Assembly: GCF_963921235.1 (NCBI RefSeq)
Contig: NC_086109.1
Span: 1,488,001-1,552,000 of the forward strand
DNA length: 64,000 nucleotides
Source: Mobula hypostoma
Lineage: Eukaryota
Reading direction: 5' to 3'
Shown: piece after piece, positions 60,243 to 64,000 of the stretch
Position numbering within the stretch: the stretch's first letter is position 1
How the letters are laid out: the number at the start of each line of letters is the position of its first letter
Notes under the pieces: generated by a model
What the model was told of the DNA's origin: nothing
Databases searched by the model: none
Seen by the model: the letters and a program-made list of their open reading frames with translations, nothing else
Program-made: the position numbers and the translations under genes

Positions 60243-60993
60243 TGTCCATCACACACGTTGCTGGGACACAGGTCAGATACAGTATAGCTCCCTCTACACT
60301 GTCCCGTCACACACTCCCAGGGCACGGGTCAGACACAGAGTGAAACTCCCTCTACACTGTCCCGTCACACACTCCCAGGACACGGGTCAGACACAGAGTG
60401 AAGCTCCCTCTGCACTGTCCATCACACACTCCCAGGACACGGGTCAGACACAGAGTGAAACTCCCTCTACACTGTCCCGTCACACACTCCCAGGGCACGG
60501 GTCAGACACAGAGCAAAACTCCCTCTACACTGTCCCGTCACACACTCCCAGGACACGGGTCAGACACAGAGTGAAACTCCCTCTACACTGTCCCGTCACA
60601 CACTCCCAGGACACGGGTCAGACACAGAGTGAAGCTCCCTCTACACTGTCCCATCACACACTCCCAGGACACGGGTCAGACACAGAGTGAAACTCCGCTC
60701 CCTCTACACTGTCCCATCACACACTCCCAGGACACGGGTCAGACACAGAGTGAAACTCCCTCTACACTGTCCCATCACACACTCCCAGGACACGGGTCAG
60801 ACACAGAGTGAAACTCCCTCTACACTGTCCCATCACACAGTCTCAGGGCACGGGTCAGACACAGAGTGAAGCTCCCTCTACACTGTCCCATCACACACTC
60901 CTGAGTTCAGACACGGAGTGATGCTCCCTCTACACTGTCCCATCACACTCCCAGGGCGTGGGTCAGACACAGAGTGAAGCTCCCTCCACACCT
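60243..60993 (+). repeat. 58-bp satellite family, array 4, about 12 copies
   Basis: Same unit as arrays 1 and 2. Confidence 0.93.
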
Positions 60994-62984
60994 GTCAATA
61001 CAATACAGATCGCTTGTGACTCATTTTTGTTCAGAATTAATCTCCAATTTAAGTGTAAACTTTTAAAAATGGAAGTGAATTGAAAAGGGTTAATGTAGAC
61101 TATTTGGACCCACAGGTGACCTGTTAGGTCTGGGTGAGTTGCACATCTGAGGTTGCACTATCAGTGTGAAGGAAATTCATTAATTAATCAGACCCACTCT
61201 GGACTGAGAATTTGTTTCTTGATTCCTTGTAGGCTTTCTCTCTGTCTCTGAGCTCCCCTGTCCCCTTGTTGCAGGCTGAATGGCCACTTGCTACTTTGTA
61301 ATTGGTTTTAGAGGGGCTGAATTACCTCCTCCTGTCCCATGAGGCTTGAGAGTGTCTGAGTGACCTTGTATTCTGTAAGTGCCTCAAGGCTGACAGGCTG
61401 TTTCTGTGTGACCAGCATCAGTACTGTGACCTGTTCCTAACAGGCTGTGGCGTTTGAATGGCTTCCCACTGAGTATCTGAAGGATAGCACCATATCTTGG
61501 GAAAGATTGGAGAACCACCCAGAATTCCAGCCACCAGCAACAGCGCCTCAAGGAATTACTGGAAAGAGCAGCAAGGACATTGAAGATGGAGGCCATGTCT
61601 TAATTTAGCCTCCTGCATTTCACCGGGGAGGAGGCAATGGGTGCTGTTTACCTAGGTATGCACCTTTAGAATGCTCCACAATGTTCGATTACCAAAGGTG
61701 ATAGGCACTCAAATATTTAGACAGAACAAGACTCTGATGGCAGGTTGGAAAGGGACTGGAGTGTTGGTGATGAGAGGAACCTGGGTATCGTTGAAGACTA
61801 CTCACCTGACGGGGGGAGATGATATGTTGCCTTTTACTCAAACATGATTTGAGGTTTTTTTTCAAATTTTTCGGGGCCCTAGGGAGACCAAGACTGGAAA
61901 ATTGTTTACAGGTCTGGGTTCCTCAGCTCAGAAAAGATCTTTGTGTTTTAGAGGGAGCACAGCAAAGGTTCCCCAGATTGATTCTGTGGTTGGGGGGGGA
62001 GGGGGGCTATCATGAGGAGAGATGAAGCAGACTGGGATGGTCCTGTCTAGAATTTACAAGAACGAGAGATGATCTCACTGACACATTGAAACCTTTTACA
62101 AAGCCGATAAGGTGGGTGTGGAAAGGCTGTTTCCTCTTTATGGGGTGTCTCGTTTCATCTTCCACCTGCACCTTGTCACATGTGCTCACTCTTTCTCTTT
62201 GCCTCTCTTTGGGGAGCTTCACTTTGCCTCTGCTTGTACTAACCTGGTATACTGGGACTTGTCTGTGCAGTCGGTCAACGTAACCCCGCCCCCAGGAACT
62301 TCTCTGTGGCCTGCCCTCGTTGCTTATTTCTGAATAAACAGCTTGGTGTGTCTAGCGAGCTGCCCACAATATTGAGTGAGTAGTGGGGGTGATGGCTCTC
62401 TTGAATACCATATTAGGTAAAGTATTTGACAGTCTGCAGCTCACACTCTTGCGTAATGCTTGCAATGACTTCAGCATTCTTTGGAAAGTCTAATGGCCCT
62501 GTAAGTAGCGTGAAGACCCATAAGCAGACCGCAAATATACCGGGAGATTGGACAGGGAAATAGTGGATGCTACTCGAAGCAGTGAGAAAAGCTGCAGAAG
62601 GTGGCCTGAGCTCGGACTCCCCTCCGGGGCGAACCTCAGCCCCAGTCTTCCATCTCATGCTGGCGGGACTTAAGGACAGGCAGGGTATGCTAAAGGAGGT
62701 GCCCTAGATAGGGTGCTCCAGCCCCGGGCTAGCACTGGAGGAGCTGGGGAATTTCCTGGCTGGAGCAGGGAACACATTGAAGGGGGCTGGCTGATTTGGG
62801 CCAGTTGGAGGAGGGAGTGAGGATGAGTTTTGTTAACATATAGAAGAGGGAGGTGGAAGGGACGCTGGCTGATGTTGAATGGAAATTAGATCATCTCCAG
62901 GGATGAAAACCCCATGAGACCAGGGGACGTGGAGATGGTGGGAGTGATGGCAGCAGCACACTGCCTCCCTCATTTCCGGAGACA

Positions 62985-63170
62985 TGAGACTGCGGATGTC
63001 AGAACCTGTGCAGCAAGCAATCCACTGGAGGAACTCTACAGGTCAAACAGCATCAGGTGGGGGGATTGAAATGACTTTTGGATCGAGATCCTGCATCAGA
63101 TTTTAACCTGAAACGTTACAGTTACTTCCCAGATGCTGCTCAACAAAATCTTCCACCAGATTTTGTTGGT
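62985..63170. mobile_element. Highly decayed member of the same fold-back family
   Basis: ctggaggaactc...cagcatc...gaaacgtt...agatgctgct...ttccaccagattttg. Confidence 0.45.
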
Positions 63171-64000
63171 CTCTCATCACTTAGTCTCTCTTGCCCTCTT
63201 CTGGGCACTGCCTTATCTTTACACTGCCTCTTTTCCTCACCCAACTTTCCTCTCCCACTTATCCCTCTGTCCTTCACTGCCTTCCTCACTCACTTCCCAC
63301 TCTTGATTTCCACTCATGCTGGTTCTCCCCCAGCCACCCTCACACACTCCTTCCCACCCCACACCACCATCTGTATATTCTGTCTCACTGCTTGCCAAAT
63401 GCATCATCTTACCAAAAGCAGTGTAGTTACTTGCCCAGATTAATCTCAACTTTACTTCCGAGGACAAGGGCAGCAAGAACAGGGGTGCAGCTGCACTTGT
63501 GGGTTTCCCTTCATACTCCTCACCATCCTGGCATGGGTCCTTGATCAACACTGGATCTACTTCCTGAAACACTCTCACCTATAACACTGAAAGCTGCGTC
63601 ACCAGAAAGACTGCAGTGGGCCAGCAAGGCAGCTCATCACCTTCTCAGCCAATGACATCCAGATCACAAGAAAAAAATGACAACCATACATCATATTCCC
63701 ACTAAGATGACTTTGTCTACAGATCTTTTCCAGTTTAGCGGTTTACCATGATACTCAAATTTATTTAGGGAAAGCCTGCATATGCTGACTGGGAATGTCT
63801 CCAGGGTTTGTGTTATTGACAGATGGCTCAGCAGGGATGAAAATACAGGCTATCAGGAAAGCTTCAGTCCATATGCTTATCAATGAGAGCTGGGGATCCT
63901 GTGGGGAGTGTCTCACCTCCTGATACCCAAGGCCTTTCCCCTATTTCCAAGTATGATAGAATACTCTCCACTTGTCTGCATTGTCCAACAACTTTTTGAA

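Noticed and set aside
61000-64000. NIT1 3' exons, expected tail-to-tail with DEDD from human synteny
   Set aside because: No nitrilase-like translation recognised; ORF 62413-62658 has no recognisable homology.

Overview
Repeat-rich vertebrate genomic DNA. The repeat complement suggests a cartilaginous fish, probably a ray (inference). It holds a complete 14-exon NDUFS2 gene on the minus strand (41354..5166, 458 aa) and, head-to-head with it, a 4-coding-exon DEDD gene on the plus strand (43738..59638). A 49-nt signal-peptide exon just downstream of NDUFS2 is probably FCER1G exon 1. Introns contain CR1 and Rex1/Babar LINE fragments, two Tc1 transposons, a Harbinger-type MITE inside a Gypsy remnant, a Penelope-like element and several minisatellites. 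Three observations stand out: (i) short, TSD-flanked fold-back insertions carrying minimal type I hammerhead ribozyme motifs, found alongside a likely parent Penelope-like element; (ii) a 4.1-kb array of a 38-bp unit copied from a LINE reverse-transcriptase motif; (iii) a dispersed 58-bp satellite with one strongly GC-shifted copy. Comparisons to human genes are from memory and no database search was run. LINE and SINE boundaries are approximate.
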